DNA of 64,000 nt, from the NCBI GenBank assembly GCA_951406725.2, contig OX597814.1:40486001-40550000 (forward strand), read 5' to 3'. Position numbers and translations under genes: made by a program. This document shows positions 1-12,800 of the stretch, in pieces (within the stretch, counting starts at the first letter, position 1; the number at the start of each line of letters is the position of its first letter). Below the pieces are notes generated by a model. The model did not search any database, was not told the DNA's origin, and was given only the letters and a program-made list of their open reading frames with translations. This stretch comes from Octopus vulgaris. Its lineage: Eukaryota.

Positions 1-580
1 AAGCACATTTTCTTTGCATGTGTGTATTTAATTTTAAATTGTACGATTAGTTTTCACCGGCGGTGTAGGTGAAGGGGGAATTCTAACAGGGTGAAAAGGG
101 AGCTAACACATGCCAAATTTTGGGTGGTTAGATAATGTGTTATTGCTAATAATTGTCTTATTGCTAGAGTTTAGGACGTTCTTAGTGCTAGGAGGGACCC
201 TTTGCATTTGCAAAGAGTATTATTATGGAATGATGGGGGCGAGTGGGCTTGCTGTGCGACTATTTTTAAGTGTTTAATGTTTACCGGTTAATTGGATTCA
301 TAAATATGTTATTCTAGTTTGGGATAATGAATGCATGCATGAAGACAAGAGGTGTTATTCTACAGGTATTTCTAAAATGCGTAAGGGCCCACGTAAAGAC
401 AAAAAAGTTCACACATTTTATGTTGAGAACGGTTTCCTTAACCGTAAGTATAGCTAGGCGTTCTGATAGGCAGAGGTCACAGCGTCTATTTGCGGTGTTG
501 TAGGAGGATATTTTTGTGAGAATACGCCAGTTTAAGCTAAAATCTATTTTTCTACCCTTCAGTTCACAAATGTATGTACC
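1..580 (-). mobile_element. Penelope-like element remnant: GIY-YIG endonuclease C-terminus plus 3' non-coding sequence
   Basis: Manual minus-strand translation of 580-410 gives TYICELKGRKIDFSLNWRILTKISSYNTANRRCDLCLSERLAILTVKETVLN. This matches the W.IL...Y.....RC.LC..E...I.....LN tail of PLE GIY-YIG domains, and a frameshift follows. The left boundary runs out of the window. Confidence 0.7.
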
Positions 581-773
581 CGCACCTAACTAATACTCAT
601 CCTGCCCTAATACCTAAACGAAAATACTCAATCTACCAAAAGCAAACCTCTATCCAGAGAATTTACCTGTGCAAGAACAAAATTTAATGTAAAAATTACC
701 AGTTTTGTTTACATTACCGTTTCATGTGTATCAATTATTTTCAAATCATAACCGAACCATCTATCTATATTAA

Positions 774-822
774 CATTCTGAAGAGATTTACTTAAACCAG
801 TGATTTGAAACGATCGTAAATG
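774..822 (+). ncRNA. Minimal type I hammerhead ribozyme (PLE pLTR type)
   Basis: CATT-CTGAAGA-[GATTTACT taaacc AGTGATTT]-GAAA-CGATCG-TA-AATG. It has a canonical core, stem I CATT/AATG, palindromic stem III ACGATCGT and a GUA cleavage triplet. Stem II has one mismatch and two G-U pairs. Confidence 0.7.
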
Positions 823-2829
823 CTACCTTCATCTCCCTTCATATTTCTTTGGTTTCTAATTAATTAAAGACATACCAGATAAAACTACGAGCTTCTCAAT
901 GTTATTATATCCATTTTATTATCCTATATAACGTAAACCAAATCACCTGCTAACGTAAATCCTTATAAAGAACTGTACATACCTCGTGTCTATTTGTGTG
1001 CGTGAGAGCATAAAATGTGCATATGTGTGTGTATTTTGTTCCTTCTCTTGCATCGTTATTTACAAATAACAATTTTAGCGTCTACGAAGTCACTATTATA
1101 TGCATACACAGTCTCACAGATATGATTTTGATCATTTAATTTTATTTATAAAACAGCACTGATTATAAATTTAAATAAAAGAAAATGAAATCAATTCGTC
1201 TTAACGTTCATTCTTTCCAGAGAATCCAATAATCTAAGTTAGAGAGAAGACAAAAGAGTTTTGACCACGAGTGAGAAATTTATTGGACAGTGAATGAAGA
1301 TAGAGAATGGATTATCATATGAGGGATCGATAAAAAAGATATTGATAGGTAGAGTTGGGAATATCTACTAATGTATATCTTTTTATCTCCCTCTCGTTAT
1401 CATATGTTGCTAAATACAACAGAGCATTCAGATAAGACAGAACTGAGACATTTTGGAAAATAGAAACTCTCAATTGCTGTCTGAAGCAAAAGATAACGGT
1501 GGTCTAAGCTGGATGGTATTTGTGATAAATCTAGTACATATGTTAATGGTTTTAAACATCAGATTTATTGATAAAGAAACAAAAACTACATTTATGTGGT
1601 TGATTCAACCTAGTGTGCTTAGGTGTGAAGTCTAACATATGATGGTTTGTTTGAATAATATCGAACCTTATAGCTAAATTTCAGGTAGAAGAAAGACTAT
1701 GCAGGGAGTAGAAGCATTTTAGGGAACGCTTTGTTTCTCCAAGACAGGTAAGTGCTAAATAGCCACCAAATCATCAATGGCATTAACGGAAATATAGTTC
1801 CCTAATTTCAGAAAAGACCACACATATTCATGGTAGAAATATTGTCTACACTCTCGACGTCAACACTTGTCAATCATATCATTGATTTCATTCGACAGCA
1901 AAGTGACAGAAACATACGCAGGTTATTTTCTCAGATCTCCAACAATCCTATCAGCAGTATCGATATCAAAAATAACACTGGCAGCGAGAATGCATGAACC
2001 TTGGTCAACTCTAAAGCAAGGCATCCTGCTCAGTTTCAGATTTTTTAATAGAGATTTTGAAGACTTCAACGAGGCTAGAGTTTTGTCAGCACGAGCAATC
2101 GTACTATCTTTCAAGGGTTACCACGCCGACCTGTATCAGGAAAAGGACGCATTTTGCTGTTCTGAAAAGGTTTGAATCCCATAGGTTAGCCTAACATCCT
2201 GGATACACTCGGTGTTGTTTGACGTAAGCAGCAGTGAATAGCGTATGTAAAATCTAGTAGACGTATAATCTCGTGAACATCCATTAAGACTAGCGGAATA
2301 CTCGATGGTCTTGTGTTCATTTACGAGTCTATTCGACAACAAAAGATGAATGTATAAATTTTCTCAATTTTACTGACCGTCTTTCAGCTGAGATATACCT
2401 TGACAATAAATGTATGGACAAGACATAACAGCTCATCAAGATCGTGTACAATGGAGAATATTCTATAGGTTATCAGACAGGTTTCGAGGAGGCTGCCCAC
2501 AATTTAAAGGGATCGGCTATATGGACCTATACAGCTGGATAGCATAGGAAACCTATGTATCTATCTCGTAACAGGAAGATGAACACGTATTTTTTTGTGT
2601 AACATGATTGCGGAGAACAAATTATCGAATTATTCAAGGGAGCTTTGTTTGTGACAACGTCAACAGTAAATAGCAATTAACATTGCGAGGCGCGTTCATA
2701 AAAATTTAGAAAAGAAATCGTGATACAAACAAATAAAACACTGGAAAACTTAGATATGAATGTTGAAGTGTTGCACATGAAATATTTTGCGTAAATATTG
2801 CCTTCTCAAAAATAAAGCACATGATGTAA

Positions 2830-3290
2830 GGCAAGTAGAAGAAAGCCATCTAATGGGCCCAGATGGCAGAGGCACCACATGGGAATAAAGTTACAATTCG
2901 ACATGAGCTGATCGTAATGAGCATGTCTTCCTCGATCCTAAGGATATTTGAGTTAGCTTTTAGGAAGCGATTTGCGCAAATTTTTGGGAGTCGAGCTACT
3001 CCGTATAGAAAGGATAGATTTCATACCATATCTCGACATTAGACCCAGGATTGGAAGAAAACTTCGGATATCCGATAAAGCAACAGAAATTTGAAAGGTG
3101 ATAGCTCACTACATGATCATACGTCGCATGACAATACAACTGATGGGCACTACCGTTCTGGAATACACTCCAAAAGGCAAGCAAATTTGAAAACTTATAA
3201 CGGTGGCGAATTGTGAGGATCGTTAGCACGATATTTCTGTGCATTTAGTCCGTTCGCCTAGGTCGACTGCACATCCCATCTTTAATGGAT
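2830..3290 (+). mobile_element. Highly decayed non-LTR (CR1/Jockey-like) RT remnant
   Basis: Scattered RT-like peptides occur in the expected order: SNGPDG (~2850), KGDSS (~3095), HLVRSPRSTA (~3245). A possible continuation IQFKPKT lies at ~4605. There is no continuous frame. Confidence 0.3.
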
Positions 3291-6200
3291 CGATGAAATA
3301 TATACCAGTGAAATACATAGGTCGATGCAGTAAACTATCTTCTCTCAGAAAGTTTCACGCCTTGTGCCTGCAGCAGAACATATCATTATTTTTATTATCA
3401 TTAGTAGTAGTAGTAGTAGTAGTAGTATTCATTTTGTACGCTATGAAAATAAATATAGTGAAGAATAGATTTTAACCTTAGGCATCATATCCTTACGCTC
3501 CCTAGTTTGAACTCCATTTGAAAATATCTATATAGTATTAATTAAAAATGTTGGTGCTAGATCTGCAACATCACGGGAGGGAGTAAGACGATATATTCGA
3601 CCTAAATGAAACCCCGATGGGTTAAAAGGTACAACTGACTCCGATGGCATTCGAACTCAGAAACAGTCGGAAAGCTACTAGCCATTTTGCCCGGTTTGCT
3701 AGCGTAGATATTTATACAATAGTCACAAGTAAAATACATAGGTTGTAGATGTATAAAAATCGATATTTGTTTCGAGATTTGTGACCTTGTCTTGGTCTCT
3801 AAGACTTCCTTCTTATCGAATTTACCCTCACCAAAGTTGTGAGGCCTGCTGCCTAGAAACCATTACTATCATTACCACTATTATTTTCATGATTATTCTG
3901 ATATATTTGTTGCTTTTGTTATTACTTTTAAAATTGCAAGTTTAACATCAATTGATACAAGCAAATTAAAATATGATTTATGAAATCCGGGCAAATAATT
4001 TGATTAAATTTTATTTTGTGTAATATTTTCAAAGTTTGTTTAAAATGATTTATTTTGGCTCGATTCAAAATTTGAAATTTAAAAGTGATTGATGAATGGG
4101 AAAATGTATAAAACAACGTTCGATGAATTATTGTTTCAGATGTTACAGTCTAGTTATATTATCCTCCACTTCCTCCCACCTCCTACTATATATCATCATC
4201 ATCATCATCATCATCATTATCATTATCATCATCTTCATCATCATTATCATCAACAACAGCAGCGTCCTCATCATCATCATCTTCATTCACATGATAATCA
4301 CTATTAATTTTAATCTTTTTGTATTGTTGTTGTTCACTTCTGCTGAACGTGTTATAGATGCTCCGTAACTGTGGGACTTGTTTTCTTTTCAAAGGGTTAT
4401 ATTTGTGAATTTTATTGTTTTCAACCGGGAAGGTGATGGAGTGTTTAGAACCTCCTATGCTTCACACCACGGTACAAAATTCTAAAACAATTTTATTGAA
4501 AAACAAGACAATGTGAGAGATCAGTAAAAAAAATATTACGAAAATAACACCTGAACGAGTCTAGTGTTGGGTGATGAAATGTATTGTAATGTTGCTTTCC
4601 ATGACACATTCTAGAAATATCAAATTTCGAAATGAAGCCTATATTGGAATAGGACGTGAGACCACGATTCAATTTAAACCTAAAACACTGGCTACAATCC
4701 CCGACATCAAAGAGTCTCAGGGGATAATAAACTGCAGGTGGTATGGAAACGTAGAAGGATTGGCGGTAAAGAACGCAGAACACTGCAATGCTTTCTACGA
4801 GCAATAATAGCGGAGAGTGATATACTTTGGAACGTAATTCCTAGAGGAGAACCGGTAAGAAGTTGATGAACAGAGTGATCAATCTTGCCAGGAAATAACG
4901 GAGAAGAAACTATCCCTTAAAGTCTTGTTGTGGTTGCGAATGTTTAGACCGCTTCGTCATCGATTATAGCCTAGCCTTCGTGCCATGCGACAGTTCGCAT
5001 AAGATAAGCCTGAGTCACCTCAAATTCAACTTTCTTCGAAGGTCTGCATGTATTAGCAGGCACATCATTTGTAGAGGGCTAGTGATTCTCTGGTTGTTGA
5101 TATACAGACGTGTTCAATGTCTATGAGATACTCTTTTTAAACAATTCTTATGCACTGTTACACTGTTTAGTCTTGTACAATATTTAACATTTGCTCCCAC
5201 ATCTAGTCGTTATAAATAATGTGATATCATCATCACCAATATCATCTTCATAATCTTCGTCATCTTCGTTGCTCTTGATGATGTTGCTGCTGCTGCTGTC
5301 GGCATCAAACCTGGAATACAAAATGGAAATTCCGGGGAGTGGTTTTCGATATATGTACCCTTGTCATCACTTAAAATTATTTTGCTTGTTGACATAATTG
5401 GATTCATGTCTATTATAAAAGTTATGCAAGTAGTTCTCTCATTTGGCGTAGAAAGGGTTTCTAACGCACTGATTGTATACCCCGTTTAAAATTACTGTCA
5501 TTTTTGCACTCAGCGATTAATTGATTAATTAATCGAATGTTTTCCATGTTTGTTTGAAACTATTATGGTACAAAAGTATTGAAAGACAAAAGGTACAGTA
5601 TAAAGAAGATTTGCATTTTTGTATCATGTATAGTGAGCCAGCAGACACTGGAAACCATTGGAGTATTATGCAAGTAAGCAGTATTAAAATAACTATCATT
5701 GTGACACTTTTTTGCAAGGTAGCTAAAAATGTAGAAGCAGGGCAAGTAACAAATTTACAGGCAAAACTACCACCCACACCAGTATCGATAAGACAGTAGA
5801 AGCAATAATGACAAAAATAACAATATTTACAACGGAATCAACACAAGAAAATCAAGCGTATTATTATCAAAGCAAAAAATATATATAACGAAGAAAACAA
5901 CAATAACAACTACAAATGTGTAAAGATAAGCAAATTTATCGCCTCATGAATACATACAACCGAAGGAAATACACATTCATATCAAATGTATAGGAACGCT
6001 AACATTAAAGCGTTTTTTAATATTAGCATCAGAACAGATGAACTGTAGAGTCGAACAATTCCCCATAAGTGTCTTACTAGAGAAAAATAATTAATCCCTA
6101 CACAATGCTCCGGCATGGCTGCAATAAAATGACTGAAGCAAGTAAAATAATAAAATAATGTAAAACGAAATCTAGAAACGCTTTTAAGAAGTACAGCGTA

Positions 6201-8544
6201 CAAAAAAGTATAGGGTTTATCTATCTGTCTTATATAGTGGTCACTACTCATGTATCCTAAGAATCAGTAATGATACTACTCTGAATGCAAAGTCATGCAG
6301 CTACAACCGATACGGCAGCTTACATCTTCACTGGGAGAGGGCGAGAAAAGCAACTATATTAGAACTTGGTAGAAATAATAATAATGGAGTCTAACTCAGC
6401 GGAATGAAATGAAATCGTCAACTGTGTTGCAGGTTATAGCTACTATAGAGAAATGCTACTCATATACATTTTTTTGTTTTTGTTTGGGGATTTTCGAGGT
6501 ATGCATGGAACGTAACTTTTATATTATGGCAAAATAACCTAAATCATAATCTTCAGTCTGTTGAAAGTTACGGTTTAAAAGAATGTCATATTTTCCGTTT
6601 CTGCCAACATCAAATCTGCTGCAAACATAATTAGGGCCGCAACTCGAAATGCAAAATATTTAATTAGATCAAGTAAAAAATAAATAAAATCTTCCGTATC
6701 CTTCGATGTGAGAAAGACATTTTTCTACATTAAAACATTCAAATAACATACAGTTAAATGGTCGAGAAAAATAACATGTGGAATATGCGAATCGCTGGAT
6801 TTCATCCAAAAATCTCAAATGTTTGGAAATATCAGTGAGCAAGTTCACCAACAGATTAAGCATGCCATCAAATCCAATTTACAACTACAACTGTCATATG
6901 AACAGCAGGAAAAGCAATGACTAAAGCAATCTTTGAGGTATATGTGCAACTTATGTTGCACTATTTTGTTTCAACCTATCATAATCATTTCTTATTTTCT
7001 TTTGTATCTTTCAGACATTGTCTCATGTGTGAACTAGGATTTGTTTAGAAGAGATTATATTAGTTTTAGTTCTCCATGTGCAAAAACTTTTACTAATTTC
7101 CTAAATATTAATTGTTGAAAACTTTCTTAGATCGACCCTATACTTTGATGTTTTTCCTCTTTTAATACAAAAACTATATTAATGCTGGCATCCATCCCGT
7201 TTCTTATGAAAACTTCTCTGAGTGAGCGCAGACGTTGTCTGTCACTTTTACGTTTGGAACTTGAAACTATATTGAAAAGAATGCTATATATATATATACA
7301 ACACGTTGTATTCTCTAAATCTCGCACAATGAATTTTTAATTTCTATTTTGGGCTTGAACTAAGTCTAGTACAGCTCCGTAGAAAGTGGTGTATATCCAA
7401 ACATAAGATGACGCAACAACAGATGCAACAATTTTGTAGATCTGATAAAATAAGATTTCTAATTAAAATTGACAATCAAAATGTTAACTAATTGAGGAAA
7501 TGTGCGTCTGATTTCAGAAATAATTGTGAACGTCTAAAGTTTTCTTAGTGAAGTGTAAATATGCATGCGTACGTACGTACATACATACATACTTTGCACA
7601 TAATCATACACAATACACACGCACCGTATAGGTACACACACACACAAATTCACACATTTCAAGCACTAAACCAAGCAAGTGTACACACCATTCGAACAAG
7701 AACATATTGACTGCTAAACATCCGCGTTTGCACGCATGCACACAGGCACACTCACAAATACACACACATACACACACATGCAGACTATAGCTTTGCATGC
7801 ATAATAAACAAAGCCCCTCATATATATACACATGTCCACAAGCACACTCACAAATACACAAAATATATATCCGACCACACAATGCAAGCACAAGATTGCT
7901 TAAGCACATACACACACACGCCCCAATACGCACACACAGGACCATATAATTTAATCTCGCCCACACATACAGCCTCCGACATACCTTCCTTACAGTGGCA
8001 TACGCACTTACGCACCCTAGTACAGCTGGGTCACTATTATTATCTCCCTTCCACTAAGCCACATTTTCCGGTCATTTCATCATATTGAATCCCTATATGT
8101 TTCTTTTCCCCCTTTTCTTTCTCTCTCTATGTTTTCACCTCAACACTTTCTGTCGAAGGACGTTGGCTCGAAAGTATTTTGACTGCTTATATTTCCAGCA
8201 GAAAACAGAATTCACGGAAGAACGCTGGACCTTCTTTGTAGCCATGGCAAATATCGACGATCAGAGGAACCAGTTCACCACTATCATCTCTCGTCAGTGA
8301 CAAAGTTTGGCAGGTGCCCCGCTCCCACTTCGAGCATCACACTTGTCTGGCCAATTTAGACTACTCAATCAAATCACATACAGTTCTACGCGGCGATGCA
8401 CTGTCCACGTATTGTGCTAAAAGCATCCGATGAATTACAGCACCTGACACAACTTTCGACCAGAGAAATAGAATCACTGTTTGTTCTTCTTTGGTGCACA
8501 TTACTAGTGGAGCGGCCATGCTTACAGTGTAAACCCAGAAAGAT

Positions 8545-8678
8545 AAATGGCGGGATCAGGCTTAATTTTCTTTCACGTGACCACAATAGTATCAACGATA
8601 AGCATGCACGCGCAGAGGGCAGTGCGATAATAATAGAGATAAGTTGCGGCGAAAATGCGGATAAATTTTGACTTCCGC
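8545..8678. promoter_or_regulatory. CpG-rich cluster of housekeeping-promoter-like motifs
   Basis: AAATGGCGG (YY1-like, 8545-8553), TCACGTGACC (USF/TFE E-box, 8573-8582), TGCACGCGCA (NRF1-like, 8605-8614) and ACTTCCGC (ETS, 8671-8678) fall within ~135 bp in otherwise CpG-poor DNA. Confidence 0.35.
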
Positions 8679-8707
8679 TCGTAAATATATATATAGTCAA
8701 ATATACA

Positions 8708-9232
8708 GTAATCAATCATATCATCAAAGGGAAATGGAATTTAATTAAAGTTAAAAACATTCAATCAAAAATTACATTACCAGTGGTCCAACGCGTAAAA
8801 AAGAAATAGTAAAAAACACTATATATTAGTCATAGGATATAGTGTATATCTAAATATATAGAGAATCCACTTATAGGGATTCTACGCGCTAGAAAGAACA
8901 GCTAAGTTCTATAACCACCAAAACTTGGGGATAAGATTCGACGGGAATGAATTTGGAAATTAAAACCATTTACCGTCTATTTTGTCTCGTGTAGATAGGT
9001 TGGTTGCTGCTGACAAAAGTCTGACCTCGTCAGCTCTCTATGACTCGCTAAAAGAAGATTAGAAACCAATTGGTCCAGGGATCTAGATGGTAAATGTTTT
9101 TAATTTCCAAATTTATTCGTGTCGAATCCTATCTCCAAGTTTTGGTGGTTATAGAACTTAGCTGTTCTTTCTAGCGCGTAGAATCCCTATAAGTGGATTC
9201 TCTATGTATTTAAATATACACTATATCGCATT
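8708..9232. mobile_element. Non-autonomous fold-back element (probable PLE pLTR derivative) with 12-bp TSD
   Basis: Inverted arms 8836-8979 and 9084-9227. Direct repeat GTCAAATATACA at 8696-8707 and 9233-9244. A degenerate hammerhead-like motif (...CTATGA...GAAA-CCAATTGG-TC) lies in the spacer at ~9034-9080. Confidence 0.75.
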
Positions 9233-10084
9233 GTCAAATATACATATACCAGAGTATTCGTGTTGTGTGTGTCTCTATATGTATGACAGTAGCATTTTCT
9301 CTGTGTCTAGTTGTTATGTATACATTGTTTTATATAATGAAATATTGTTCGTTTGTGAGAAATTATAAATTTAAAATCTATTGCTGTTGAAATGTTCCCA
9401 ATAGTTAGTCTAATGCTTATAAATCTATTAGGGCACCTATATCTAAACACTTAAATGAATCATGTTATTTCTTCTCTTGTATGACAGACATTTTGCATAA
9501 TTGTCAGGGATGTAATATCAATGTTGAATTTCATCAAACTGGGGAAAACTACCTTTCGCTTTTGATATGTGATTTATCAGGTTATCGACTACGTACTACG
9601 TGAAATACTGCATAGTTGAAATAACGTTTTGTGTTGACGAAAATGTCTTGTAATTTTTACTGTTGATACTGATTTTAAGGAATAGCAACAGGTTGAACCA
9701 TTGACGATGGAGGATTAATTGATAAAGTGTAAATTATATTAACTGTCTATAGCTAATATTTCCGTGTTTCATAAATTTTATATAATCGCCAACATTGATA
9801 AACTTATTGGACGACACTACCTGAGGGGTTTATAACATGTAGTTAAGAAAGCTTATAAAATTTCTTAATTCTCGACAATGAATCTCTATATCGTTTCTGT
9901 CTGAGATTATGTTGGATTAGTTGCAATAGAAATGCTTTTATCTCGTTATATGATTCGACTTACGACTTTAACGAATAGTTTATATTTTTATGTCGCATTC
10001 CAATTCTAATTGGTGCTCTAATATGTCTATGTTTATTATATCTTCGGGACTTGTACACACATACACACATACACAAAAAACACG

Positions 10085-10125
10085 CACACTCGTACATATA
10101 TACATATGGACATACACACACACAT

Positions 10126-10216
<91 letters not shown>

Positions 10217-10247
10217 AATATATATATATACACACACGTGTGTGTGT
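10085..10247. repeat. (TA)n/(CA)n microsatellite, representative of many (12320-12540, 15550, 20820-21020, 23380, 25190-25520, 30233-30270, 33745, 34190, 34770-35260, 35805-35965, 38700-39085, 40440-40845, 46195-46275, 48160-48430, 48680-48750)
   Basis: Dinucleotide runs are directly visible. Confidence 0.95.
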
Positions 10248-10709
10248 AGAAGGGGAATTATAAAAGAATCTAAATAGCGAATATGATATTTGCCTGAACA
10301 GATTAATAACAAAGTTCTGAAAGAATATGAAATACGTGCAATATGTATTTGAGATAAATTTTACTACAGCTCTTTAGACTTTCAGGTTTAACGATGATAA
10401 TAAGAACATTACCTATCTCTTGAGGATATATTTTAATACAATTCACAATTTTTTTTATAGGTTGCAGTCAAATGTATAAAACAAACTATTGCGTTAAGGC
10501 AATGGCGTTTCTATGTTATTTATCTCAGAATTTTGTCACAGGTACTTCTGAATTAGTTTCCTATGTAAGATTTCTTTTCGACTCAGATATTGTTGTTCTG
10601 TGTTATATATTGTAATTTTAGTTCCCGAATTGCTTTTGTTGATGAATTGCTGAAATGTTAATGAAGCTTCAAAAGCTGATCGCTAATTATCTGCCGGGCA
10701 ACAAATAGT

Positions 10710-10818
10710 CTCCGACCATCAATTACCTCCCCGAACATCATTTATATCCTTCAACATCAATTAACTCCCGAACATCAATTTTCTCCCGGAACGACAATTA
10801 ATTTTCCGAGCATCAATT
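10710..10818. repeat. Degenerate ~20-bp minisatellite (ccgaacatcaatt core), about 6 units
   Basis: Repeated ccga(a/c/g)catcaatt units are visible. Confidence 0.7.
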
Positions 10819-11469
10819 ATTATCATTATCGTGGATTGACAGAATCATTAGAATTTTAAACGAAATGCTTTCCTTTATTTGTTCCGGCACTTTACGCTTC
10901 GCGTTCAAAGTCATCATGATTGACTTAGTACGCCATCCCCAAGATATTTGATGAAATAGAGAGGTATTATTATCATTGTTATTATTATCATTATTATTAT
11001 TATTATTTGAGATGTTGGAGGTGGTGTTGGTGGGAGTGTTGTTTTATGAGTATTATGTTATGAGTTTATGTTATAAGTATCAGGTAATAACCCAAATTGA
11101 ACTAATCAGAGGGGTGCATACTCAGGTTCAGCTGGTTGAGAAATTAATCTGTTCTAAAATCAAATTCAAGCGCTATTGTTGTGCTATTACTGTTGAATCG
11201 CAGTCAGGCAGTGAATGCAAGACATATGCCGATTATGTCAATGATGAAAGAAATAATAACTGTAGTTTGGTCATTATTCATATATATCAGTTTTCTGTAG
11301 CGCACTTATTTTTCCGAGCAGTATATTTAGACAAAGTTCAGACTATGTTTTGAGTTTAACATCTGAAATATAGCCAATCTTTTGTTGCATTTTGTCTCAT
11401 GTACAACGAGGTCGAAGGACGTGAAGCTTCATATCTATAGTAGGTAATTGGAGGTTAAATAAAGTAGTG

Positions 11470-11680
11470 AAACTATCTTCTCGAGTCATATCGACATATA
11501 AGGGCCGGTTTGATGGAGTATATATTCCCCACTTAGACGCGACTCCAATTCATTGCAGGATTACTCATTTATGCATCGTAAAATGAAGATTTTTGCTCAA
11601 AATACAATACATCGCACGGACCAGGAATCGAAGCCAAAGTCTAACGATGATAAGTTAATCATTCTAACAAGTAAGCCATG
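11470..11680 (-). mobile_element. Degenerate tRNA-derived SINE related to the 53271-53597 copy
   Basis: Shares ttgctcaa..acaa...caggaatcgaa...ctaac...taagcca with the head of the 53.3-kb SINE. Confidence 0.5.
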
Positions 11681-12411
11681 AGATGGGGGTATGGTTTGCC
11701 CTATTATACAAACGATTCAACGTCGCAACGAGTATAGCCGCTGTGGCCTATTCTAAAAGACTTCTAAAATGGAGAATATGAATATTTTCTAGACGTATTA
11801 GTCTTAGCACGGCAATAGTGAGTGTGGTTTCATACTTCGTATGGATTTGCTAAATCTTCCATCAAACTAATAGGTCAAAGATTCATCAAGATTAAGAAAC
11901 ATTTCAGTATCTACAGATCCTGTATATTTGCATTGCTGACTTCTGTGTGTGCATCGAATTGCCGTTGTCAAGAGTTGACCGGAGCAGCGTATGAGCCGAA
12001 GATATCCTGTTCATAGTATGAGCTATTGGCTATCTTCATCTTCCTGGAGAATATCTGAACAGAAAGCATATAGTGTACGATTGTGATGGTTTCAATGAAA
12101 TAAATGCGATTTCTGGTTAAATATCATATGGACTGGAAGGCTCAAGTAAATTACAAAATGTTACATTCCATTCTCTCAGCAGTAGGTCCTGTCAATTATT
12201 TGTGTTTTTGTTATCTACGGTTATGTGTATAGAATTACATATGACTAGGCCTTTGTCTATTTGAAAAAGTTCCTGAATTCCACCAATGTATGTATTTTTG
12301 TATCTGTGTGTACGTACATACATACATACATACATACACACACACATACACATATATATATATATATATGTATGTAAATATATATATATATTTATATATA
12401 TATATATATAT

Positions 12412-12465
<54 letters not shown>

Positions 12466-12589
12466 CGTATGTATGTATCTATATATATATACATACATAC
12501 ATGCATATATATGTGTATGTTTGTGTGTGTGTATGTATGTACAGTGATCTGTTGCAGATTTCTGAATATTATTTAATATTATTGCTTTT

Positions 12590-12800
12590 GTTAGCGTGTA
12601 GAGAAAATCTTTATTGACATTTCTTCTAATTCATTACCTTCCGAACTGAAATTCTCCGGGGGGTCAAATTTGCTTTTCATCCTTACGTGTGATGTATAGA
12701 AATAACTTTCCAGCTAACTAAGAACTGCGTTTGATGCAATCGGTTTACTTTTTCCACGCAAATTTGCTGCTCTTGTACCAAAATTAGAAAGTATTTTTAT
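12590..12800 (+). mobile_element. Degenerate tRNA-derived SINE (same family as 56869-57107). Further decayed copies lie at ~3540-3710, 10830-10950, 11290-11460 and 45880-46010.
   Basis: Shares ggtcaaatttgcttttcatcctt with the intact copy (ggtcgactttgcctttcatcctt) and a 3' cttgtaccaaaattagaaa tail with the 14.8-kb and 22.3-kb copies. Confidence 0.55.

Noticed and set aside
1-400. SECIS element downstream of the PLE ORF (as in Naiad selenoproteins)
   Set aside because: No AUGA/AA/GA kink-turn stem could be identified by eye, and no conserved in-frame TGA was seen.
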